Both the position numbers and the translations under genes were made by a program. Under the pieces are notes generated by a model. The model did not search any database and was not told where the DNA came from. It saw only the letters and a list, made by a program, of their open reading frames with translations. Below are positions 56,384-64,000 of a stretch of 64,000 nucleotides of DNA, piece after piece (within the stretch, counting starts at the first letter, position 1; the number at the start of each line of letters is the position of its first letter). Source of the DNA: Candidatus Woesearchaeota archaeon (GTDB taxonomy: Archaea > Nanobdellota > Nanobdellia > SCGC-AAA011-G17 > PNOQ01); NCBI GenBank assembly GCA_018693795.1, contig JABHMJ010000022.1, positions 146 through 64,145 of the forward strand. The letters run 5' to 3'.

Positions 56384-56758
56384 ATGACAAATAAAAAATT
56401 AGGAATTTTTGCCATCGTGCTTGTGTCTCTAGTTGCTTTTGGAGGACTTGTATCTGCATATGGCAGGGGGATAGATAATCCAGAAAGAGGATTGTACCAT
56501 GAACAAATGGAAGAAATAATTGAAGAAGGAAACTATGAAGATTTAGTTAACTTTAGAAACGAAATAGGTTATGATGTTGCTCGAAGAGTTGTAGATGAAG
56601 AAAGCTTTCAACAACTAAAAGAAAGACATACATATATGGAAGAAAATGGAATTGAACCTGGTCAAGGTCAGAGATTAAAAGATGGATCTGGAAATAAGAT
56701 GGGCCAACGAATGGGACAAGAAAATTATAACCAAATGGGGGAATGCCCTTACCAATAA
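56384..56758 (+). CDS. secreted hypothetical protein (signal peptide)
   Basis: MTNKKLGIFAIVLVSLVAFGGLVSA signal, then an acidic and Gly/Gln-rich mature part. Confidence 0.4.
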   Translation: MTNKKLGIFAIVLVSLVAFGGLVSAYGRGIDNPERGLYHEQMEEIIEEGNYEDLVNFRNEIGYDVARRVVDEESFQQLKERHTYMEENGIEPGQGQRLKDGSGNKMGQRMGQENYNQMGECPYQ

Positions 56759-56794
56759 TTTTTTTTTCTTTTTTTTCATAACATTTAAAAGCAA

Positions 56795-57061
56795 ATGGAA
56801 TTCAATATTGATAATATGCCAATGGGACAAGTAATTAGGCCAATGGGACTTCACATACAGTATATGTGGGTATTTCAATTAATTATATTACTATTATTTT
56901 TCTTGATAATCTGGTGGGTGTTGAGGGGAAACAATAATTATGGATATAAATCTGATGATTCTGCAATTGATATTTTAAATAAGAGATTGGCTAGTGGCGA
57001 AATTACAAAAAAAGAATATGAAGAAATAAAAAGAGACATAAACACAAAAGATGGAGATTAA
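56795..57061 (+). CDS. membrane protein with C-terminal SHOCT domain
   Basis: TM helix plus RLASGEITKKEYEEIKRDI (SHOCT signature). Confidence 0.5.
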   Translation: MEFNIDNMPMGQVIRPMGLHIQYMWVFQLIILLLFFLIIWWVLRGNNNYGYKSDDSAIDILNKRLASGEITKKEYEEIKRDINTKDGD

Positions 57062-57464
57062 TAATAAAAAATTAATTATTGGATTCGGGTTGGTTTTTTT
57101 ATTAGGGGTTGCTTTCTCTATCGTAAATGGAGAGTATACCGACTCTACAAATGAACAATTGCCTTTGATTGTTTATGCAATTTCTTTTTTATCTGTAATT
57201 GTTGGGGCGTTCTTAGTCATAATGTTTCAAGCAAAAATAAATAAAATTCAACTAGAAAGAGTTTTGAAGATATTACATAGGGAAGAGAGGGTCATTGTAA
57301 AAATTCTTTTAGACAATAATAACTCAATTGAACAAAATAAATTAGTAGTGCTGTCTGGATTTAATAAGGTTCAAACGTTTAGAATTACTAGAAAACTTGA
57401 AGAAAGGGGAGTTATTGAAAAAAAACATTTAGGAAATACAAATCTCATTATTTTAAAAATTTAG
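57051..57464 (+). CDS. membrane-anchored winged-helix transcriptional regulator (paralog of 55776..56234)
   Basis: 2 TM helices plus wHTH (KVQTFRITRKLEERGVIEKK). Confidence 0.55.
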   Translation: MEINNKKLIIGFGLVFLLGVAFSIVNGEYTDSTNEQLPLIVYAISFLSVIVGAFLVIMFQAKINKIQLERVLKILHREERVIVKILLDNNNSIEQNKLVVLSGFNKVQTFRITRKLEERGVIEKKHLGNTNLIILKI

Positions 57465-57679
57465 TTTTTAGATAGCTCTATAAAATCGTGATATAATGCA
57501 AGAAAATCTATCTTCTTCCCCTTAGGTTCATATTTTTCATGAATTTCAATCATATATTGTATATTATTTTCATTTGGTAGAATCAAATTTGTCTCTTTAA
57601 AAATTTCAAATACTCTGTCTGGATCTTGTTGTTCTATTGCTTTATGATATTGTTCTTGAATTTCATCATTTAAACTCAT
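57461..57679 (-). CDS. hypothetical protein (72 aa)
   Basis: ORF only. Confidence 0.3.
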   Translation of the reverse strand: MSLNDEIQEQYHKAIEQQDPDRVFEIFKETNLILPNENNIQYMIEIHEKYEPKGKKIDFLALYHDFIELSKN

Positions 57680-57715
57680 TTAATTGTAATTAGAAAATAA
57701 TATAAAATCCTTTTG

Positions 57716-58159
57716 TTATGCCCTTGTAGCACTAAATAGTAGATCTCCTAAAGATTTTTTTTCTGTTTTTGGAGGGCCAAGTTTTCTTACTCCTGAAAGA
57801 GTTATTTTTTCTGTATTCGTGTCATAAGAAACAAAGACATGGCTGTGCCTTCCTTCTGAAAGATTTTCTGGTTTGATTGAATTGGGCACGTATCTTTTTT
57901 CTGAAGCATTTACAAAGAGCTGTTCTTGCATATCCCTTATGGTGCATCCCTCCTTTTCGAAAATTAGGTCTACATTCTGAAATCCGACAAGCACAGAGTT
58001 ATATTCATCCCAGAGGAAAGGACTTAGAAAATATCTTTTACCTGGTTGTTGAATTTCTTGATGATGATTATCTTTGAAATCTTTTATAGTTATTGCCGCG
58101 TAAATATCTGGCGTAAATATATAATCAATAATCCGCATATTTTCTCTAAAACTTATCAT
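57716..58159 (-). CDS. hypothetical protein (147 aa)
   Basis: ORF with conserved-looking His/Cys residues; no family recognized. Confidence 0.35.
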   Translation of the reverse strand: MISFRENMRIIDYIFTPDIYAAITIKDFKDNHHQEIQQPGKRYFLSPFLWDEYNSVLVGFQNVDLIFEKEGCTIRDMQEQLFVNASEKRYVPNSIKPENLSEGRHSHVFVSYDTNTEKITLSGVRKLGPPKTEKKSLGDLLFSATRA

Positions 58160-58206
58160 TTTCTTAGAATTTAGGAATTTACCACCATATAAAGGTTACT
58201 TTTAAT

Positions 58207-58920
58207 TTACACTTCAAAATTAGTTTCTTTTTCAGATTCTTTTTCATCAATTGTTAAAAATCTGGTTATCTTTCCTTTTCTTTTTGCGTGTATTCTTGCT
58301 TTTGCAAAATCATTTTTATATTCTTCCGGAACAATTATCTCATCTATCCCAATTGTATGTTCTATGAATGTTTTTTTGAAAGGCTCTTTAATATCAAAAG
58401 CATAATCTTCCAGTATTGATTTATCAGTTGTTATTAGAACACAATAATCTGCTTTTGGTTTTTTATCTCCTTTTCCAGGTTTTCCAGATTTGGGTGCCTT
58501 CTCTTTTATTTTTAATTTACCATATTCTGTTTCAAAAGATAGACTTAATGGATTTAATGGGAATTTTTCATGAAGTTCTAGAATTTGATGTTTTGTTAAT
58601 TCTTTGTTTACTATGTGTTTTTTTACTCCCATTGCATTTTTTATTTCTTCAAATTCAATTGGGGATTCTGCAGATAGATCTTTTGCTGCAAAGATTATTC
58701 CATTAACTTGTACTTTGGTTGTATCATCTTTTATTGTGTTTGCTAAGAATACGACCATCCCATTAGCATATTCTGGAGATGTTTTTATCTTAACTGCTTT
58801 CGCAGTGATAGTTATATCTATTAGTGCTTTATGTTTAAAAATTCCTTTTCCAAATTTAACAAATTGATTATGTACTTGTTCATCTATTTTATTTTCAAAT
58901 ATTTTTTTTATGAAATTCAT
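58207..58920 (-). CDS. hypothetical protein (237 aa)
   Basis: ORF only. Confidence 0.35.
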   Translation of the reverse strand: MNFIKKIFENKIDEQVHNQFVKFGKGIFKHKALIDITITAKAVKIKTSPEYANGMVVFLANTIKDDTTKVQVNGIIFAAKDLSAESPIEFEEIKNAMGVKKHIVNKELTKHQILELHEKFPLNPLSLSFETEYGKLKIKEKAPKSGKPGKGDKKPKADYCVLITTDKSILEDYAFDIKEPFKKTFIEHTIGIDEIIVPEEYKNDFAKARIHAKRKGKITRFLTIDEKESEKETNFEV

Positions 58921-58999
58921 GATTTTGATTTTATGTTGGTCATTTTTATATCTTCTGGTTTAGTAAATGATATAAATTGGGGTTTATTAGTGGATTTAT

Positions 59000-59072
59000 A
59001 GTCCTGTAGTGTAGTGGTCCAGCATAAGAGGTTCTGGGCCTTTTGACCCAGGTTCGAATCCTGGCAGGACTA
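59000..59072 (+). tRNA. tRNA-Gln (anticodon CUG)
   Basis: Acceptor AGTCCTG/CAGGACT, anticodon loop TTCTGGG, T-arm CCAGG-TTCGAAT-CCTGG. Confidence 0.75.
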
Positions 59073-59073
59073 T

Positions 59074-59871
59074 TTATTTTCCAAAATGTTTAAAGAAATT
59101 TTTCCTATATCTATTTGGAGATTCAAATTTATTTGCTAATTCTAAATATTCTTTTTCAATTTGTTTTAGTGTGGGTGATTTATGTCCTTTTAATTGATTA
59201 AAAATTGTTGGATTAATTATTGCGGCCCTTCCAATCATTACTCCCTTTAAACCTAATTTTTTAAATTCTGATACTTGTTTTTTATTATTTATACTCCCGT
59301 TAGCAATAATATTTTTCCCTGTTTTCACACATTCATCATAAACTGAATAATCTGGTTCTTCTTCATAAGTTTGGGATCCCTCCCTTGCATGAACTATGAA
59401 AAAATTAGGGTTTGTACCATCAATTAAATTTAAATAAACTTTTTTTTCTTTTTCAGATTTATTCATCCCTAACCTCATTTTTATGGAACATTTATATCCA
59501 TGGTCATTTATTATTTTAATTAGTCTTTTTGTTTTGCCAATCCTTTTTATCATTGCACAACCCAGCCCCACATTTATCACATGTGGACTCGGACATCCAA
59601 TGTTTAGGTTAAATCCTTTGAATCCTTTATGTGCTTTAAACATTTTTAAGAATTTTTTTAAACGCATTTCATTTCCACCAAGTAATTGTATTACTACAGG
59701 GGTTTTATCTTTGAAATCTAATCTTGACCAAGTTGATTTATTGCCTTGTGAAAGGGGATTAATCATTGTCATTTCGGTGAATGTTAAATCTGCACCATAT
59801 TTATAACAAAGTGTCCTTAGTGCACCATCTGAATAATCTTCCAATGGGGCCAACATATACGAAAATTTCAT
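59074..59871 (-). CDS. dus: tRNA-dihydrouridine synthase (Dus family)
   Basis: NIGCPSPHV catalytic-Cys motif and a TIM-barrel FMN pattern. Confidence 0.85.
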   Translation of the reverse strand: MKFSYMLAPLEDYSDGALRTLCYKYGADLTFTEMTMINPLSQGNKSTWSRLDFKDKTPVVIQLLGGNEMRLKKFLKMFKAHKGFKGFNLNIGCPSPHVINVGLGCAMIKRIGKTKRLIKIINDHGYKCSIKMRLGMNKSEKEKKVYLNLIDGTNPNFFIVHAREGSQTYEEEPDYSVYDECVKTGKNIIANGSINNKKQVSEFKKLGLKGVMIGRAAIINPTIFNQLKGHKSPTLKQIEKEYLELANKFESPNRYRKNFFKHFGK

Positions 59872-59922
59872 GTTAAAATTAATTCAATTAACCTTATAAA
59901 TCTTTATCGATTAATATATTAT

Positions 59923-60147
59923 ATGAAACTTACAGATTTAATGGATTTAATTCTTGAAAAAAATCCTTCTTTTGATAAGGAAAATTTGGCCATAAGAACA
60001 AATGGAAATGTTGAATATTGTTGTACACATGATGTGGGGCATACAGTTTACATTTCTGGTGGAAAAGAAACACATGGATGTTGTGAAGATAGATGTTGCA
60101 TAAATTATAATATTCTCACTCAGAAAGACCTAAATTCTCAAGAATAA
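59923..60147 (+). CDS. small Cys/His-rich hypothetical protein (74 aa)
   Basis: CCTHDVGH...HGCCEDRCC; it overlaps the 3' end of the convergent gene. Confidence 0.25.
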   Translation: MKLTDLMDLILEKNPSFDKENLAIRTNGNVEYCCTHDVGHTVYISGGKETHGCCEDRCCINYNILTQKDLNSQE

Positions 60148-60850
60148 ATTCTTTTGAAACAATCAATGTTTTTCCTAACCCAATTTTTAAATTACTTAAA
60201 TCTAAATTTCCTATTTTAATTCTAGTTAATTTATTTATTTCATAATCAATCTTTTCAAACATTAATCTTATTTCTCTTTTTTTACCTTCATCTAATACTA
60301 TTAAAATGCGCTTTGTATTACTTCCAATTTTCACTTCCAAAGGTTTTAACTGTTGGTTATTTATCTCGATCCCTTTTTCTAAAGTTGCTTTTGATTTATT
60401 ATCTAGTTCTTCTGTTAATTCTATTAAATATGTTTTTTTTACTTTAAATTTAGGATTTGCAACTTTGTGACTCAATTTTCCATCATTTGTGATTATAATC
60501 AACCCTTCTGTATTTTCATCCAATCTACCTATACAAAATAAAGTTGAATCTTCTTCTAGTAAAGAAAATAAGGTTTTTTTATTTAATTTAATATCTTCTC
60601 TTGTCAATCTCGAAGAAAGATATCCTTGTGGTTTATTTAATATTATATACTTATTTTTTCTTTCAGCAATTAATTTTTCGTTTTTATATTTCACATCATC
60701 TGAAAATTTTAGATGATAATCTGGCGTATGGATTGTTTTATTATTTACTGTAACTTCTCCATTTTTTAAAATTTCCAATATTTCTTGCTTATTATTGAAC
60801 TTTCCAGTCCGTATTAAATACTGGTGTAATCTTATTTGTCGTTTTGTCAT
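60116..60850 (-). CDS. RsuA/RluB-family pseudouridine synthase with N-terminal S4 domain (bacterial-type)
   Basis: S4 domain; catalytic GRLDENTEGLIIITNDG (conserved Asp); QGYLSS motif. Confidence 0.85.
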   Translation of the reverse strand: MTKRQIRLHQYLIRTGKFNNKQEILEILKNGEVTVNNKTIHTPDYHLKFSDDVKYKNEKLIAERKNKYIILNKPQGYLSSRLTREDIKLNKKTLFSLLEEDSTLFCIGRLDENTEGLIIITNDGKLSHKVANPKFKVKKTYLIELTEELDNKSKATLEKGIEINNQQLKPLEVKIGSNTKRILIVLDEGKKREIRLMFEKIDYEINKLTRIKIGNLDLSNLKIGLGKTLIVSKEFILENLGLSE

Positions 60851-60904
60851 GGTATTTAGGTAAATGCTTAATTTTATAAATAGATTGTTTTCTCAAAGAG
60901 TTAT

Positions 60905-60979
60905 GCTCTTGTAGTGTAGTCCGGTCCAGCATTTCGGCCTCTCGCGCCGAAGACCCGGGTTCAAATCCCGGCGGGAGCA
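60905..60979 (+). tRNA. tRNA-Glu (anticodon CUC)
   Basis: Acceptor GCTCTTG/CGGGAGC (two G-U pairs), anticodon stem TCGGC/GCCGA with loop CTCTCGC, T-arm CCGGG-TTCAAAT-CCCGG. Confidence 0.75.
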
Positions 60980-61051
60980 TACGAACTTTATGTTCGAGTA
61001 ATTAGCTAAGGTAAGGTAAGGGAAAATAAAAGATTAAGGAGAACTTACCAA

Positions 61052-62215
61052 ATGAAAAAAAATAAGATAGATGTGCATTATAGCACAAAATCATTAGCTA
61101 CTGCATTAAAAAAATTAAAAGAAGACTTAACAGAAGACAACTATAAACAGATAAATAATTTCTTAACAGATTTAGATATTGGATTAACGGGTACTAAGCG
61201 ACCAAATGAGAGAACACAGTTAAAAATAATGTTTCGGCTGAAAACTTGCGCCTTATACTTCGATAAGAAGAACATAAGGATAGATAAGATAGATTTAGCC
61301 AATATGAAGCGGTTTATTTCTGACCTACAAAATGATGTAATCCAAAAACAAAGACCTAATAGCTCAAATTTGAACTATTCTGACAATACAAAGAGCGGTA
61401 TTAAGAAAGAACTCCGTCGATATCTCAAATATCGGATGGGCGAAACTGCAAAATGGAAAAAACTCACTGCGTGGTTTGATACTACGACAGACGAGCAAGA
61501 GATAATCTACATAAAGAGAGACGAAGTCAAAAGATTACTATTGAACACTGGGACATTTATGAATAAAACCATTATCCAAGTTTTGTATGATAGCGGAATG
61601 AGGGCGGAGGCATTTTTGAACTTATTCCCGTCGGATATTTCACAAGATGAGGAAACCGGTCTCTTCGTGATTGATGTTCGCCCGGAAACTACAAAAACAA
61701 AGAAGGGAAGGAAAATATTTCTGTATATGGCAGAGACCACAGAGATACTTGGAGAATATCTAAGGGGCATTAAGGACAAAGACCAAAACTCTCAGCTATT
61801 CCCCCTAACCTATGACGGACTAAGATTGATGATAAGTCGTCTAACAAAAAAGACGTTAGGTAAATCTTACACCCCTCACAGCTTCCGACGAGGTTCCGCT
61901 AGCTTTTACGCTTCAAGTCTAAACCATTATCAATTATGTCAAAGATTTTCTTGGTCAGCTTCAAGCGATATCCCAAATAAATATGTAGACTTGAGTTGTG
62001 TTAACCAAAAAAAGATAGCCAAGAAGATAACACTTGACCAAGTCGGAGAGTTCAAAGAAAGAATGAACAAATTAGAAAGTGAAAATAATCTTATGAAAGA
62101 AAACCAAAAACAATTTGAGTTAAAGACCGCGGAACTGTTATCTAAGATTATGGGGCAGATACAACAATCGGAACAAGAACCAGTTTTAGAAATCGTAGAG
62201 CAATATCGCTCTTAA
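61052..62215 (+). CDS. int: tyrosine recombinase/integrase (phage integrase family)
   Basis: Catalytic R (SGMRAEA), HxxR (HSFRRGSAS) and C-terminal Y (IPNKYVD) motifs in canonical order. Confidence 0.85.
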   Translation: MKKNKIDVHYSTKSLATALKKLKEDLTEDNYKQINNFLTDLDIGLTGTKRPNERTQLKIMFRLKTCALYFDKKNIRIDKIDLANMKRFISDLQNDVIQKQRPNSSNLNYSDNTKSGIKKELRRYLKYRMGETAKWKKLTAWFDTTTDEQEIIYIKRDEVKRLLLNTGTFMNKTIIQVLYDSGMRAEAFLNLFPSDISQDEETGLFVIDVRPETTKTKKGRKIFLYMAETTEILGEYLRGIKDKDQNSQLFPLTYDGLRLMISRLTKKTLGKSYTPHSFRRGSASFYASSLNHYQLCQRFSWSASSDIPNKYVDLSCVNQKKIAKKITLDQVGEFKERMNKLESENNLMKENQKQFELKTAELLSKIMGQIQQSEQEPVLEIVEQYRS

Positions 62216-62427
62216 TTTTTCTTTCTTTTTCTTGTCGTTAGATTTACAAAAAGCGACAAGAATTAACCCTTTTTTCCGTCGCTGTTACAAGCAAATAAAA
62301 AATAAAACAAAGGTTTAAATAAGTTAAACAATTCTTATTCTCTAGAACTTTTTTTTTGGTTCTAAAATGTATGGAGTAACGATTTCTCGTTTCTCCTTGA
62401 ATGGAATAGAAATTCAAGGAGGACAAA

Positions 62428-62655
62428 ATGAATAACACAATAAAACAAAAAACTGATACGAACATTACATCTATAAAATTTTCAACAGAAAATGATAAAC
62501 TATTTTTTCAGTTTTTAAAACAATATGGAGAGAAAGAAGGGCTTGGTCTTAGTACATTTATACGACGGCATTTGATTACTTCATTGGATATTGAATTTAG
62601 GTCTTGGAAAAAAAGACAAATAGATGAGGCAAGCAAAAATGGCGACGAGAACTAA
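62428..62655 (+). CDS. putative ribbon-helix-helix DNA-binding protein
   Basis: N-terminal beta strand (ITSIKFST) followed by helices (GLSTFIRRHL). Confidence 0.35.
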   Translation: MNNTIKQKTDTNITSIKFSTENDKLFFQFLKQYGEKEGLGLSTFIRRHLITSLDIEFRSWKKRQIDEASKNGDEN

Positions 62656-62821
62656 AGGAGTTTTTTGTTATTTGACGCCGAAGGAGAAAGAATTCCTTAA
62701 AACGGCTGCTTCGAAGGCCGGGCTAAGTCAAAGCGATTATCTGCGCTATAAAATTTTCAAACAAAATAGGATTTCATCAAAACTAGATAAAATTCTAAAG
62801 ATTTGTGAGGGCTTCGAATGA
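62624..62821 (+). CDS. putative ribbon-helix-helix (CopG-like) protein
   Basis: GVFCYLTPKEKEFLKTAASKAGLSQSDYLRYKI, a typical RHH pattern. Confidence 0.45.
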   Translation: MRQAKMATRTKGVFCYLTPKEKEFLKTAASKAGLSQSDYLRYKIFKQNRISSKLDKILKICEGFE

Positions 62822-63087
62822 CTTCTAGGAACAATTATTGCACTTACTGTGGTAGTAAATTGATATTTGACAATTGTGAGAAGTGCAGTAATAAGATTTG
62901 GGATTTGCCTTCTGATGATGAAATTGATAGGAAGATAAAATCTAAGTGGGGAATTTCTAGAATTTATAGATGGATTTCAAAACGTTGTCCATGCTATAGA
63001 ACAGATTTAATTCTAAATAGAATATTGAATAGGCCTAATGAGTTTAGTTCTCACTCTGTTTATCGGGCGAGAAGGAGCTTAAAATGA
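62818..63087 (+). CDS. zinc-ribbon protein
   Basis: CTYCGSKLIFDNCEKCSNK (C4). Confidence 0.4.
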   Translation: MTSRNNYCTYCGSKLIFDNCEKCSNKIWDLPSDDEIDRKIKSKWGISRIYRWISKRCPCYRTDLILNRILNRPNEFSSHSVYRARRSLK

Positions 63088-63204
63088 GTTTAATGATGTT
63101 TACCCTAACCGAACTATCTTTTAATGATTTTAAAGCCGAGAAAGACGTTTTTGATAGGAAAAGTTGCGCTATAGGTATGTTCATTTTGGGGGTGTGGTTG
63201 TAAA

Positions 63205-63459
63205 ATGAATGAGAAGAAAAAATACGTCAGAAACGAACTGGCGAAACGCCTAAGAACCAGCCGACACGAAATTCTTGAAATTCAAAAAGAAATTCATTGT
63301 GAGCTTGAAAGTTTGAAAAAGTTTGGAAATACAACAGAAGACACCGATGATTTTGAAGAGTGGACTTTAGCCTATAAGGAATTTAAAGGTTATTTTTTAA
63401 CTATTGATAAAATATTTTCTGAGCTTAGCGGACGTTTGGAGGGTTTGCAAAATGAATAA
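63205..63459 (+). CDS. hypothetical protein (84 aa) of integrated element
   Basis: ORF only. Confidence 0.3.
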   Translation: MNEKKKYVRNELAKRLRTSRHEILEIQKEIHCELESLKKFGNTTEDTDDFEEWTLAYKEFKGYFLTIDKIFSELSGRLEGLQNE

Positions 63460-63664
63460 GGATTTTTTAGAAAATCTAATTGGAAAAAGAGTTTTTATGA
63501 TTTTGAAGAGCAATCACAAATATTCTGGGCTTGTTCAACAAATTGAAGGGAAGCATATTCAGTTCAAAGATAAATTCAATGAATTTGTGATTATTTCTAT
63601 TGATGAAATCAAAGTATTGAAGGAAGTTAGAGATGATGAGGAGAGAAAAAATGGTGGTTGTTAG
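63404..63664 (+). CDS. hypothetical protein (86 aa) of integrated element
   Basis: ORF only. Confidence 0.3.
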   Translation: MIKYFLSLADVWRVCKMNKDFLENLIGKRVFMILKSNHKYSGLVQQIEGKHIQFKDKFNEFVIISIDEIKVLKEVRDDEERKNGGC

Positions 63665-64000
63665 GTCAAAAGAAGGTGATATAGCTGATGTTTTTGATAA
63701 AGCATCTGCGAAAAAAGAAAGAAGAAAACCTGGAGGGAATATTCCAACTAAACCAAAAAAAGTTATTGGGGTTTTCAATGAAACAGATATCAAATCCTTT
63801 TATAAAATATTAAACAATAAAGAAGTAGAGATAAGAGCTTTCAATGAAACTTCAAAGAAACAGTTTTTTGTAAACTCCGAAGACGAAGCAATTAAGATAT
63901 GCAAAGAACTTGATAAAACTCATAATATTTATTTTGGAGTTAATGAAAGAACTCCTAACGGTTCTACAAATAAAGATGTTATTGCAGTAACAACAATTCC
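63651..64000 (+). CDS. partial CDS (N-terminal 116 aa), possible replication/primase-polymerase-like protein of element
   Basis: Manual translation MVVVRSKEGDIADVFDKASAKKERRKPGG...HNIYFGVNERTPNGSTNKDVIAVTTI; open to the window end and not in the ORF track. Confidence 0.3.
   Translation, partial: MVVVRSKEGDIADVFDKASAKKERRKPGGNIPTKPKKVIGVFNETDIKSFYKILNNKEVEIRAFNETSKKQFFVNSEDEAIKICKELDKTHNIYFGVNERTPNGSTNKDVIAVTTI

Larger units (their letters stand above)
60905..64000 (+). mobile_element. integrated element (provirus or integrative plasmid) inserted at tRNA-Glu, left end; extends beyond window
   Basis: Tyrosine integrase immediately 3' of tRNA-Glu; GC content visibly higher than flanking host DNA; small RHH and zinc-ribbon ORFs and a partial replication-like gene follow. 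Confidence 0.5.

Noticed and set aside
62244-62465. 73-aa minus-strand ORF in the integrase-RHH intergenic region
   Set aside because: Hydrophobic low-complexity translation spanning an inverted repeat and a promoter-like region; likely non-coding.
1-64000. Search for rRNA genes, CRISPR arrays and transposase/IS elements
   Set aside because: No rRNA-like GC-rich long non-coding stretch, no repeat-spacer periodicity, and no transposase motifs (DDE/HUH) were seen. The only mobile signature is the tRNA-Glu integrase.

Overview
The window is an AT-rich archaeal chromosome segment with a reduced, DPANN-like gene repertoire. This is inferred from fused and shortened proteins and from missing adk and cmk in the spc cluster. 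Core content: a partial ABC ATPase at the 5' edge; an NodB-like deacetylase, an acidic surface protein and a small archaeosortase-family protein (1-3.6 kb); the ribosomal stalk operon L1-P0-L12 on the minus strand (4.9-7.0 kb); Cdc6/Orc1 (8.6-9.6 kb) next to an unusually GC-rich 375-bp non-coding region; and housekeeping genes TatD, S2P protease, L40e and aIF5A. A conserved cell-division and translation block follows: FKBP, FtsZ, SecE, Spt5, L11, tRNA-Pro, L37ae, RpoP, prefoldin beta, UPF0147, SepF, a ZPR1 zinc-finger protein, Dph2 and GlyRS. Next come a redox module (ArsR, TrxB, Trx), a lysine-rich H1-like protein, archease-RtcB, tRNA-Ala and tRNA-Met(CAU), a CPA2 antiporter, Alba, S17e and a fused PriS-PriL primase. 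The long minus-strand ribosomal super-operon runs from L3 through SecY to a DUF106/YidC-like protein, L34e, L14e and prefoldin alpha (31.3-46.3 kb). Downstream is an accessory region: a dockerin-repeat surface protein, two Cys-rich envelope proteins, an orphan P-loop NTPase, and a copper/heavy-metal resistance cluster (DsbA-like, CopA, DUF2318-like lipoprotein, an HMA-permease-cupredoxin fusion, CopZ) with two membrane-anchored wHTH regulators and a SHOCT-domain protein. The window ends with tRNA-Gln, Dus, an RsuA-like pseudouridine synthase, and tRNA-Glu immediately followed by a tyrosine integrase and small RHH and zinc-ribbon genes of a GC-richer integrated element that continues past the window. 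No rRNA or CRISPR array was seen. The most notable candidates are the archaeosortase-like protein paired with surface proteins whose tripartite C-terminal signal does not match named sorting motifs, the dockerin-repeat protein, the tRNA-Glu integrated element, the fused primase, and the metal-resistance island.
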